From NCBI GenBank assembly GCA_017428635.1, contig JAFRQK010000035.1, positions 12,632-76,631 on the forward strand: a stretch of DNA of 64,000 bases, read 5' to 3'. The position numbers were made by a program, and so were the translations under genes. The DNA is from Clostridia bacterium. Its GTDB lineage: Bacteria; Bacillota; Clostridia; Oscillospirales; CAG-272. Position 1 is the stretch's first letter; each line of letters opens with the position of its first letter. Below are positions 30,574-39,146 of the stretch, piece after piece. The notes beneath the pieces were generated by a model, which was not told the DNA's origin, ran no database searches, and worked only from the letters and a program-made list of their open reading frames with translations.

Positions 30574-33171
30574 CTAATCTACAAGTTTCTTCCACTCGAA
30601 GATCAGATTCATCGCCTCTATCGGCGTGATGGTGTTCAGATCGCATTCGGCGATCTTCCGTTTGAGTTCTTCCGTCAGCGAATCGGTCATCGGTATCGCG
30701 AGTTCCGGCTCGTCCGACTCCTTCACGCCGTTCTTTTTCGCGAACGTGACGGGCTTGCCGTCCGATTCGAGATCGGAAAGTATCCTTTTCGCGCGTTTCG
30801 TGATCTCGGACGGGACGCCGGCGAGTTTCGCGACTTCGATGCCGTACGAGTCGTCCGTCGGACCTTTTACGATCTTGCGCAGGAAGATTATGTCGTCGCC
30901 GCGCTTTTTAGCGGCGATGTTGTAGTTCACGAAGCCCGGTATCTCGTCCTCGAGCGACGTCAGCTCGTGGTAGTGCGTCGCGAACATCGTCTTCGCGCCC
31001 AGTTTTGCCGACGCGGTGTACTCCGCGACGGCGCGCGCGATGCTCATGCCGTCGTAGGTGCTTGTCCCTCTGCCGATCTCGTCGTAGATGATAAAACTCT
31101 TTTTAGTCGCGTGGTTGAGGATGTATGCGACCTCTCTCATCTCGAGCATGAAGGTCGACTGGCCGGACGCGAGGTCGTCCGACGCGCCGACGCGGGTGAA
31201 CAGTTTGTCGACGATACCTACCCGCGCGTAAGACGCGGGGACGAAAGAGCCGATCTGCGCGAGCAGAACGATCAGCGCGGTCTGCCTCATGTACGTCGAT
31301 TTGCCCGCCATGTTCGGCCCGGTGATCAGCGCGAGACGGTTGTCTTTCGTGTCGAGGTACGCGTCGTTCGGGACGAAATACGCGTCGCGGACGAATTTCT
31401 CGACGACCGGGTGCCGCCCGTCGCGGATGTCGATCACGTCGCCGCCGTCGACGGTCGGGCAGACGTAGCCGTTCTGCGCGGCGACCTCGGACAGCGCGAT
31501 GAAAACGTCGAGCCGCGCGAGCGCGGACGCCGTCGTTCTGATCCTGTCCTCCGCCTCGCCGACCTTGTCGCGGACGGCCGTGAAGAGTTCGTATTCGAGG
31601 TTTTTCAGCCGTTCCTCGGCTCCGAGGACGGTCGATTCCATCTCTTTGAGTTCGTCGGTGATATACCGCTCCTTGTCGGAAAGCGTCTGCTTTCTGATAT
31701 ACCCCTCGGGCACGGATTCCGAGGCGGAGCGGGGAACTTCTATGTAGTAACCGAACACGCGGTTGTACCCGATTTTCAGATTCTTGATGCCGGTTTTTTC
31801 GCGCTCGCGGGTCTCCGCGTTCTTTATGAAGTCGCGGCCTCCGTTCATTATAGAGCGCAGCTCGTCGACCTCGGCGTTGTAGCCCTCGCGGATCATACCG
31901 CCGTCCCTTACGGTGAAAGGAGGCTGATCGACGATCGCCTCGTCGATCAGAGCGCGGACGTCCTCGAGTTCGTCGAGTTCGCCGCGGATCACGGAGAGTT
32001 CGCCGCCCGATACGTCGGCGAGCAGTTTGCGCACTCTCGGTACGACCGACGCGGTCGAACAGATCGCGCGCAGGTCGCGGCCTCCCGCCGTACCGTACGT
32101 GACGCGGGTGATAAGGCGTTCGAGGTCGAGAACGTTCTCCATCTCGGCGCGGAGTTCCTCGCGGAGCATCAGATTGGAAAACAGTTCGGTCACCGCCTGC
32201 TGCCGTTTCGTGATCGCGGCGGGACGGGTCAGCGGATGCTCGACCATGAATTTCAACAGGCGCGCGCCGGGCGACGTCGAGGTCTTGTCGAGGACCCAGA
32301 GCAAAGAGCCCTTCTTGTCCTTCGTCAGCATCGTCTCGGTCAGCTCGAGGTTGCGGCGCGTCGAAACGTCCATTTCGAGATATTCGGACGAATCGTATGA
32401 AGACAGATGCTTGAGATAGGAGATATCCTTCATCTGGGTTTGTTCGATATATTTCAGAGCCGCGCCCGCGGCGACGAGCGCCGCGCGGGGGATCCCGACG
32501 AGCGCCTCGTTACCGAACCGCTCCGACGTGCGTATGAGACACTCCTCTTCGTCGAAGTGGGCGGTCGATCTCTCCGTCACGAGCGCGCCGAGACGGTCCT
32601 TGACGACCGAGGCGACGGCGGGACGGCTTTTCAGCGTCACGTTCGTCACGATCTCGCGCGGGGCGAAGGTCGAGAGCTCGTTCACCACGGCGTCGTCGGA
32701 ACCGGAGGCGTCGACGGCGGTGGCGCAGATATACGCGGTCGATATATCGGAAAAGCACAGACCGACGGTCGGGCCGTCGCAGTACATCGTGCAGAGGTAG
32801 TTGTTGCGGTCCTCGGAGAGCAGGTCGGATTCGATCAGCGTGCCGGGCGTGATGACCCTGATGACCTCGCGCTTGACGAGCGTTTTCGTCTTCGACGGAT
32901 CTTCCGTCTGCTCGCAGATCGCGACCTTGTAGCCGCGGGAGATCAGTTTCCCGATATACGGCTCGCAGGAGTGGTAAGGAACGCCGCACATCGGCGCGCG
33001 CTCCTCCTCGCCGCAGTCGCGTCCGGTGAGCGTCAGGTCGAGTTCCTTCGAGGCGATCTGGGCGTCCTCAAAGAACATCTCGTAGAAGTCTCCGAGACGG
33101 TAAAACAGGATATAGTCGCGGTACCTGTCCTTGATCTCGAGGTACTGCTGCATCATTGGAGTCACTGCCAT
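30574..33171 (-). CDS. mutS: DNA mismatch repair protein MutS
   Basis: TPMMQQY, GDFYEMF, TGPNMAGKSTYMRQ, DEIGRGTST. Confidence 0.98.
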   Translation of the reverse strand: MAVTPMMQQYLEIKDRYRDYILFYRLGDFYEMFFEDAQIASKELDLTLTGRDCGEEERAPMCGVPYHSCEPYIGKLISRGYKVAICEQTEDPSKTKTLVKREVIRVITPGTLIESDLLSEDRNNYLCTMYCDGPTVGLCFSDISTAYICATAVDASGSDDAVVNELSTFAPREIVTNVTLKSRPAVASVVKDRLGALVTERSTAHFDEEECLIRTSERFGNEALVGIPRAALVAAGAALKYIEQTQMKDISYLKHLSSYDSSEYLEMDVSTRRNLELTETMLTKDKKGSLLWVLDKTSTSPGARLLKFMVEHPLTRPAAITKRQQAVTELFSNLMLREELRAEMENVLDLERLITRVTYGTAGGRDLRAICSTASVVPRVRKLLADVSGGELSVIRGELDELEDVRALIDEAIVDQPPFTVRDGGMIREGYNAEVDELRSIMNGGRDFIKNAETREREKTGIKNLKIGYNRVFGYYIEVPRSASESVPEGYIRKQTLSDKERYITDELKEMESTVLGAEERLKNLEYELFTAVRDKVGEAEDRIRTTASALARLDVFIALSEVAAQNGYVCPTVDGGDVIDIRDGRHPVVEKFVRDAYFVPNDAYLDTKDNRLALITGPNMAGKSTYMRQTALIVLLAQIGSFVPASYARVGIVDKLFTRVGASDDLASGQSTFMLEMREVAYILNHATKKSFIIYDEIGRGTSTYDGMSIARAVAEYTASAKLGAKTMFATHYHELTSLEDEIPGFVNYNIAAKKRGDDIIFLRKIVKGPTDDSYGIEVAKLAGVPSEITKRAKRILSDLESDGKPVTFAKKNGVKESDEPELAIPMTDSLTEELKRKIAECDLNTITPIEAMNLIFEWKKLVD

Positions 33172-33189
33172 TTGACGCCTCCGAAAAGT

Positions 33190-34614
33190 TTATTTTTCGA
33201 TCTCTCCGCCGACCCAGAATGCGCCGGCGCTCTTGATTTTCACGTTGACGAACCTCCCGGTCAGGTCCTCCCCGCCGGGGAAGTGCACGGGTCGCGCGGG
33301 CATGCCGCGCCCGGTCATCATCCCGGGATCGGTGCGGCTCACGCCGTCGGCGAGGACGCGCAGCGTCCGACCGACGAAGCGGGAGTTCCGCTCCTCGGAC
33401 AACTCCGTCCCGAGGGCGAGCAGCCGTTCCATCCTCTCCGCGGAGACCTCGTGCGGAACGCGCGGCTCCATCTTCGCGGCGGGCGTGCCGACGCGCGGGG
33501 AATAGATAAACGAGAAGATCATATCGTATCTCACGCGGCGCATCAGGTCGAGCGTGTCGAGGAAATCCTCTTCCTCCTCGCCGGGGAACCCGACGATGAT
33601 ATCGGAGGTCAGCGTCACGTCCGGGACGCGCGCGCGGAGTTTGTCCACGACGGATAAATACCGCTCTCTGTCATAGTGGCGGTTCATCAGTTTCAGGATC
33701 CTGTCGGAACCCGACTGAACGGGAAGGTGGAAGTGCTTAACGATCTTCGGCTCCTCGGCGATCGCCCCGATCAGCTCGTCCGACGCGTCCTTCGGGTGGC
33801 TCGTCATGAAACGGAGTTCGAAATCGCCGTCGATCGCGCAGATGCGGCGCATCAGCTCGGCGATGTCGCAGCAGCCGTCGGTGTCCCTGCCGTAGGAGTT
33901 CACGTTCTGACCGAGCAGGGTTATGTTCTTCGCCCCGCCGTCGACGAGGCGCTTCGCTTCTTCGATTATATCGTCGGGCCGGCGGCTGCGCTCGCGCCCT
34001 CTTACGTAGGGGACGATGCAGTACGAGCAGTAGTTATTGCAGCCGTACATAACGGACAGCCAGACGGAGTGGGAGTTCTCGCGCACGGTCGGCACGCCCT
34101 CGGCGATCGCGTCGCCGCTCTCGCGGATGAAGCGGCGTCTGCCGCCCATCGCGTCCCTGACGAGGGAGGGGAGGGAATAAGCGGACGCGGGCTCGAACAC
34201 GAAATCGACGTAGGGGTAACTCATTTTCAGCGTGTTCGCACGGTGCTCCTCCGCCGCCATACAGCCGCCCACGCCGATTACGACGTCGGGATCGGCGTCC
34301 TTTACGTGCTTGAACGAGCCGATTATCGAGAGCGCTTTCTTCTCGGCGTGTTCCCTGATCGCGCAGGTGTTGACGAGGATCAGTTTCGCCGCCTCGGGGA
34401 CCGGGACGGGGACGTACCCCATCGCCTCGCAGAGACCCGCGAGCCGTTCGCTGTCCGCCTCGTTCTGCTGACAGCCGAAAGTGCGGATGAAATACCCCGG
34501 CGCGCGCTCGTCCGTGAGGCCGCGCGAGGCGAATTCTTCTTTTATCTTACGGGCGGTCTCGAGTTCGGAGGAGACCTCCTCGGGGTCGCGGAAACGCGTA
34601 TTTTCCGACGCCAT
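33190..34614 (-). CDS. miaB: tRNA methylthiotransferase MiaB
   Basis: TFGCQQNEADSE, NTCAIRE, GCNNYCSYC, C-terminal TRAM; GGAGG before ATG 34614. Confidence 0.95.
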   Translation of the reverse strand: MASENTRFRDPEEVSSELETARKIKEEFASRGLTDERAPGYFIRTFGCQQNEADSERLAGLCEAMGYVPVPVPEAAKLILVNTCAIREHAEKKALSIIGSFKHVKDADPDVVIGVGGCMAAEEHRANTLKMSYPYVDFVFEPASAYSLPSLVRDAMGGRRRFIRESGDAIAEGVPTVRENSHSVWLSVMYGCNNYCSYCIVPYVRGRERSRRPDDIIEEAKRLVDGGAKNITLLGQNVNSYGRDTDGCCDIAELMRRICAIDGDFELRFMTSHPKDASDELIGAIAEEPKIVKHFHLPVQSGSDRILKLMNRHYDRERYLSVVDKLRARVPDVTLTSDIIVGFPGEEEEDFLDTLDLMRRVRYDMIFSFIYSPRVGTPAAKMEPRVPHEVSAERMERLLALGTELSEERNSRFVGRTLRVLADGVSRTDPGMMTGRGMPARPVHFPGGEDLTGRFVNVKIKSAGAFWVGGEIEK

Positions 34615-34831
34615 AAGACCGCCTCCTTTCGATAAATCTACATAATACTCCATTATATAAAGTATTATACACTAAAGGGGGAGCCAAGTCAACCGCGAAG
34701 GGGGCGTGAGACACGCTTTTTCGGGCCGTTTCTGAGGCGCTCCCGAGGCGCCGAAAAAATTTGAATTTGTTGTTGACAAAAGGGCGGGGTTATAGTATAA
34801 TACACTTTGCCGACGGGAAACCGGGGGCAAT

Positions 34832-34913
34832 GCGAGAGTGGCGGAACTGGCAGACGCGCACGTTTGAGGGGCGTGTGGTTCACACCGTACGGGTTCAAGT
34901 CCCGTTTCTCGCA
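34832..34913 (+). tRNA. tRNA-Leu(GAG), CCA not encoded
   Basis: Acceptor GCGAGAG/TTCTCGC, anticodon stem CACGT-TTGAGGG-GCGTG, long variable arm, GGTTCAAGTCC; TTGACA/TATAAT promoter upstream. Confidence 0.96.
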
Positions 34914-35138
34914 TAGAAAAAGGGCACTCGAAGAAGTGCCCTTTTTCTATGCGAGAAATAAGGAACGGGACTTGAAAAAGCGGCGGTAGTGAATGACAGC
35001 CCGGTGGGCTGTCAGAGCCGCCGCCTGACCGAGCGCCCGTCATCCTTTCGTATTTTGCGAAAGGATGACTCGCGGGCGCGAGAATCAAGTCCCCCGCGCC
35101 AAAGGCGCGGCAAAATTGAAATGCAGTAACCTTCATTT
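34914..35138 (+). other. tRNA-trailing structured element, copy 1
   Basis: Inverted copy of the tRNA 3' end, nested hairpins, second T-arm copy; homologous to the element after tRNA-Ser. Confidence 0.8.
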
Positions 35139-35348
35139 TGAGTATCCGGGTTTTTGTCCCGCTGCCCCGCGCCAAAGGCGCGGCATATTCGATTCTCGCC
35201 ATTCTTCATTTTGACCACCCCTGAACCGTTTTCATTACGTTTTTTCCAAAATGCAAGCGCTGCTTGACAAAATTCAAAGCAATTTATATTGAATGCAAGT
35301 AACAATTATAATATAATAAAACCGAAATTTTTGTCAGGGAGCGGCACA

Positions 35349-36482
35349 ATGATATCTGATAATATCAAAAAATATCGAAAAGAAAACGGTTTGTCTCAAG
35401 ACGAGTTAGCCGAAAAACTCGGCGTCTCGAGGCAAAGCATCAGCCTTTGGGAAACCGGACAAACGCAGCCGACGATAGAAAACATAATTGCCCTAGCAAG
35501 AATATTCAACGTATCCACGGACGCGATCCTTGATAACGTTGGAGGAGCAAACGTACCGGAGGAGGAAGTCCCCGCAAAGAAAAAATGGCTTATTCTCGGG
35601 ATTATTGCAGCTGCAGTGCTCGTCATCGGGATAGTCGTGACCGTCGTTTTATTGAACGGTCGGAATAAAGCCGCCCCTAAGGACGACGCCGACTCGGAAT
35701 CTGCTTCTCAGTCCGACTCCGACGTGATCACAGAAAGCAACGCTCTCTTTGAGACCGGGGAGCCTGAAAAAGAAACCGAAAGCAGTGTGCTTTCAGAGAC
35801 GGAGGAACCGGAAAAAGAAACCGGAAGTATCGCTCCCACCGAACCCGAACCAGACGATACGCCCGCATATGTTGCTCCCGAGGAAGACCCCGTCTACACG
35901 CCCGAAAACGTAACGCCATCGGTAACGCCTGAACCGGTTACCACTCCGGTTTTCGTTCCACCGGAGACGTCCAAGGTCCCGGAACCGGAACCGTTTGACC
36001 TATTCTCGTATTGCAAAGATTTTGCAATCAGCAAGGGACAGTTAAACGGTGATTACTGTATGTACCAGCAGCCGGCTTCGCTTTACGGCGGATACGAGAA
36101 CGAGTATTTTTCAATGTCGTATTGGGGCGACAGCAACATGGTGGAGTTTTGTCTTCATTGTCCCCTTGACGAGACGTACAGTATAAATTTCTATCTCCGT
36201 ATGAGAGGCGGATACAATCATAAATACGAGTATTTATCTTCGCGCTACTTCAGATCAAACGGCGCGTCTTTGAGAAGCGCGTCAGGTTATATTGATCCGT
36301 TCGTTTTTTCGGATTCCTACCCTTTGAGCTGCGACGAATACGTAGGAAGTTTTGACGGGCAAACCGCTTTTATGGAAGAAAGCCGGATCGGAATGTGCGA
36401 TCTTATACACTGTCTCAAGCAATTTGTCGCGGTGGAAAACATGAGCTGCGGTTTTTCGGCCTTTGAATTTGTCAACTATTGA
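35349..36482 (+). CDS. XRE HTH-TM-Pro/Glu/Thr linker-extracytoplasmic domain protein
   Basis: LSQDELAEKLGVSRQSISLWETG; one TM; low-complexity linker. Confidence 0.82.
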   Translation: MISDNIKKYRKENGLSQDELAEKLGVSRQSISLWETGQTQPTIENIIALARIFNVSTDAILDNVGGANVPEEEVPAKKKWLILGIIAAAVLVIGIVVTVVLLNGRNKAAPKDDADSESASQSDSDVITESNALFETGEPEKETESSVLSETEEPEKETGSIAPTEPEPDDTPAYVAPEEDPVYTPENVTPSVTPEPVTTPVFVPPETSKVPEPEPFDLFSYCKDFAISKGQLNGDYCMYQQPASLYGGYENEYFSMSYWGDSNMVEFCLHCPLDETYSINFYLRMRGGYNHKYEYLSSRYFRSNGASLRSASGYIDPFVFSDSYPLSCDEYVGSFDGQTAFMEESRIGMCDLIHCLKQFVAVENMSCGFSAFEFVNY

Positions 36483-36508
36483 TTTGAAGGATCATCACGT
36501 GTATAATA

Positions 36509-37024
36509 TTGTCTATGAACAGTATAGAAATAAAATACATCGACCTCTACAAATCCGTCGACTCTATTTGTAAAGATATCTTCCGTAACGAACGTCATTT
36601 CAACGACCGCGGGGAAGAAGTCTTCGGCGTAAGCGCCTACGTGGAAACAATGGAGTCGGAACGTTATTCCGCGGCGCCGCGCCCTCAGGATTGGGACGTT
36701 TGGTACAAAAAGCTGAAGCGCCTGCGCTGGCTTCGCAACACGATAGTACACGATTCCGGCACGTCCGAATGCGACGAAGAGGATTACGACGATCTGGAAC
36801 GGTTTTACAACGAACTGATCAACGGGAACGATATTCTTGCACGCGCGCGTCGTTTGAGAGCCGCAACATCAGCCCGAAAGAGAGCGTCAGCTGTAATCGC
36901 ACAACGCCCGGCGCAGTCGCGGACCGCTTCACCGAGGAAGAAATCTTACGTCGGTTGGGCGGTTTTCGGTATCGTCGCGGCGGTCGCCGCATTGGCTTTT
37001 ATCGTATATTACTTTTTGAAATAA
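36509..37024 (+). CDS. Hypothetical protein with HEPN-like RX4H motif and C-terminal TM
   Basis: LRWLRNTIVHD in a helical context; hydrophobic C-terminus. Confidence 0.65.
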   Translation: MSMNSIEIKYIDLYKSVDSICKDIFRNERHFNDRGEEVFGVSAYVETMESERYSAAPRPQDWDVWYKKLKRLRWLRNTIVHDSGTSECDEEDYDDLERFYNELINGNDILARARRLRAATSARKRASAVIAQRPAQSRTASPRKKSYVGWAVFGIVAAVAALAFIVYYFLK

Positions 37025-37174
37025 AACGCGGAGCGGGGGTCTTTATGATCCCCGCTCGTCCCTTATAAACCAACGGTTGACGAAATCTTTCCATTCCTCG
37101 ATTGACAAGCGGCGGGCGGGATGATAGAATGTCAACGGTTAAAACCGAAATTTTAAAGAAAGGAGACGACTGAT

Positions 37175-37288
37175 ATGAAGACCCGCATGAACACTCGTAT
37201 GCACACTCAGACTCTACACGAACACTCATACTCAGAACCCAGAAACTTAATCGATCGGACGTCATATCTGTCGCCTTCTTTACGCTGA
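37175..37288 (+). CDS. Putative 37-aa small/leader peptide
   Basis: AAGGAG RBS; MKTRMNTRMHTQTLHEHSYSEPRNLIDRTSYLSPSLR; promoter upstream and terminator downstream. Confidence 0.45.
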   Translation: MKTRMNTRMHTQTLHEHSYSEPRNLIDRTSYLSPSLR

Positions 37289-37463
37289 GCGCATAATCAG
37301 AGGCAATCTGTTTGACGCATCCGATCTCCGGATGCGTTTTTTATTCCGACGGGATGAGTCGGTGATCCCGTCGGCGCACCCGAAAAGGGTGCTTTTTGTT
37401 TTTCACCCAGATTTGCGGCAAACAGGATAAGACGATAACAACAAAGAAAGGCGGTGATGCCGT

Positions 37464-37688
37464 ATGAACTTGCCGACGTACCGTATAAAGATCTCTGAGA
37501 AGATTATCGGATACCGCAGAGAAAACGGACTTTCACAAATCAGATTCGGTCGGTTGATCGGAGTATCGGCGCAGGCGGTCTGCAAATGGGAACAGGAGGA
37601 CTGTTATCCCGATATATTCATACTGCCGCATATTGCGAAGATACTCGGCTGCCGGGTGGACGATTTTTTCGAAGAGGTCGTAAAATAG
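37464..37688 (+). CDS. Small XRE-family HTH protein
   Basis: LSQIRFGRLIGVSAQAVCKWEQEDCYPDI. Confidence 0.85.
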   Translation: MNLPTYRIKISEKIIGYRRENGLSQIRFGRLIGVSAQAVCKWEQEDCYPDIFILPHIAKILGCRVDDFFEEVVK

Positions 37689-37719
37689 GGAGGCGGGGAT
37701 CGCTCCCCGCCTCGCGTTT

Positions 37720-39006
37720 TTACAGAATATAGTCGGTGATACAGTCGTACCAATGCACGTAAGTTTCGCCGTTTACGACCAGGGTTTCATTTTCGGGAAA
37801 CATTTCAGTCCAAAGCTTTTGGTAACGGTCTTTTTTCCAGTTGTCGGCATTGAAGCGCCGCCAGAGGATCGTTCGGCCTTCGGCGTTCAAATACTGCTCC
37901 GTAACGACGCCTTCGCCGCCGTAGTTCGCCACGTCCATCACGCAGATCGTATCATACGCTTTCCCGTTGATCGTAACGGTATACCGCCCCACGACGTCCA
38001 GCAGAAACGGTTTGTCCTTCGTTGTTACGGTGCTTCCGTTTCGTGTGATGTCACCCTTTGGCGAGATATGCGTTTCATTGCCGCAGTTATTCTCGCCGAA
38101 CCCCCAACTACCAAGGAAGGCGTCGCCGTCGAGAAACGTGTAGTACCGTTTCACTCCGCCGCTTTCGTGGCTCTCCGCCAAGATACGGCAGTGGCTGTCC
38201 GTAATCTGCGCCACCAGACGGCGTTCGTTGAAATTTCGACCGTCGATTCGGTTATTCTCCATGGGTTCGTATTCCTTCGCAAGGATCTCCACGCCCTCTA
38301 TCCCGTGCACCTCGGCGCGAGCGACGGCTTCCTCGACCATATATTCCGTGCGTTTTCTTTCCGGAAAATCATACATTGCCCATTCGAGCCTTTCGCCGAT
38401 TTTCGGCACGATAAACCAGCCCATGATCTCCTCCCATTTCACGGAGAACGGAGGCTGATCCGCCGGCGTGATCGTATATTCCGGCAGGGTTTTCGGCATT
38501 TTTGTATTCATAAGTTTTTCTCCTTTCAGCGTATACGGATAACGTTTTTTGAAATGCTGCTTGGCGTTGTGAAGGCGGCTTTTGACCGTTCCGAGCGGTA
38601 GGCCGAGCCGTTTCGCGATCTGCTCCTGCGGCAATTCTTTGAAATAGTACAGATAAAGTATCTGCTTGTCCTTTCCGCCGAGCAAATCGAGCGTTTCGCG
38701 TACGACCGAGGCGGTCGTTTTGCCCTGCGCGCCGAACGTGAAGACTGTTTCGTTCAAATCGTCGATCGGTATTTCAAGGGTTTTCGCTTTTTCTCTGAAA
38801 TAGTCGTTTACCTTGTGCCGCGCGATGCCGAGCAGCCACGGTTTGAACATACTTATATCTTTAAGACCGTCAAAACCCCTGAACGCCGCGATCCGAATCT
38901 CTTGAAGAACGTCGTCTGCGTCGTGCAGATTCCCGATCCGGTATTTGACAAACCGTTCGAGAACCGTCGTTTCTTTGCCGAGCAGTTTTTCAAAGTCGCC
39001 CATCAT
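37720..39006 (-). CDS. ECF sigma factor with ~260-aa C-terminal extension
   Basis: DADDVLQE, FKPWLLGIARHK, IAKRLGLPLGTVKSRLHNA. Confidence 0.87.
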   Translation of the reverse strand: MMGDFEKLLGKETTVLERFVKYRIGNLHDADDVLQEIRIAAFRGFDGLKDISMFKPWLLGIARHKVNDYFREKAKTLEIPIDDLNETVFTFGAQGKTTASVVRETLDLLGGKDKQILYLYYFKELPQEQIAKRLGLPLGTVKSRLHNAKQHFKKRYPYTLKGEKLMNTKMPKTLPEYTITPADQPPFSVKWEEIMGWFIVPKIGERLEWAMYDFPERKRTEYMVEEAVARAEVHGIEGVEILAKEYEPMENNRIDGRNFNERRLVAQITDSHCRILAESHESGGVKRYYTFLDGDAFLGSWGFGENNCGNETHISPKGDITRNGSTVTTKDKPFLLDVVGRYTVTINGKAYDTICVMDVANYGGEGVVTEQYLNAEGRTILWRRFNADNWKKDRYQKLWTEMFPENETLVVNGETYVHWYDCITDYIL

Positions 39007-39051
39007 TTTCACCTCGCTTCCGTGATGACGTTGAAACCGGTTTCACATATA

Positions 39052-39079
39052 TAGTCGGAGAAAAAGCCGAAAAGGTTCA
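39052..39079 (-). promoter_or_regulatory. Putative autoregulatory ECF promoter
   Basis: Minus strand TGAACC-N16-CGACTA, matching the AAC/CGT-type ECF consensus. Confidence 0.6.
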
Positions 39080-39146
39080 TTTTCGCGGGAAAAACAGTAT
39101 TATGCCGCCGGATCTCTCCGACGGCAAAAGTATTTTGGCTTTGTAA

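Noticed and set aside
34672-35202. 176-aa ORF across tRNA-Leu
   Set aside because: Overlaps the tRNA, its promoter and the structured element; no protein features
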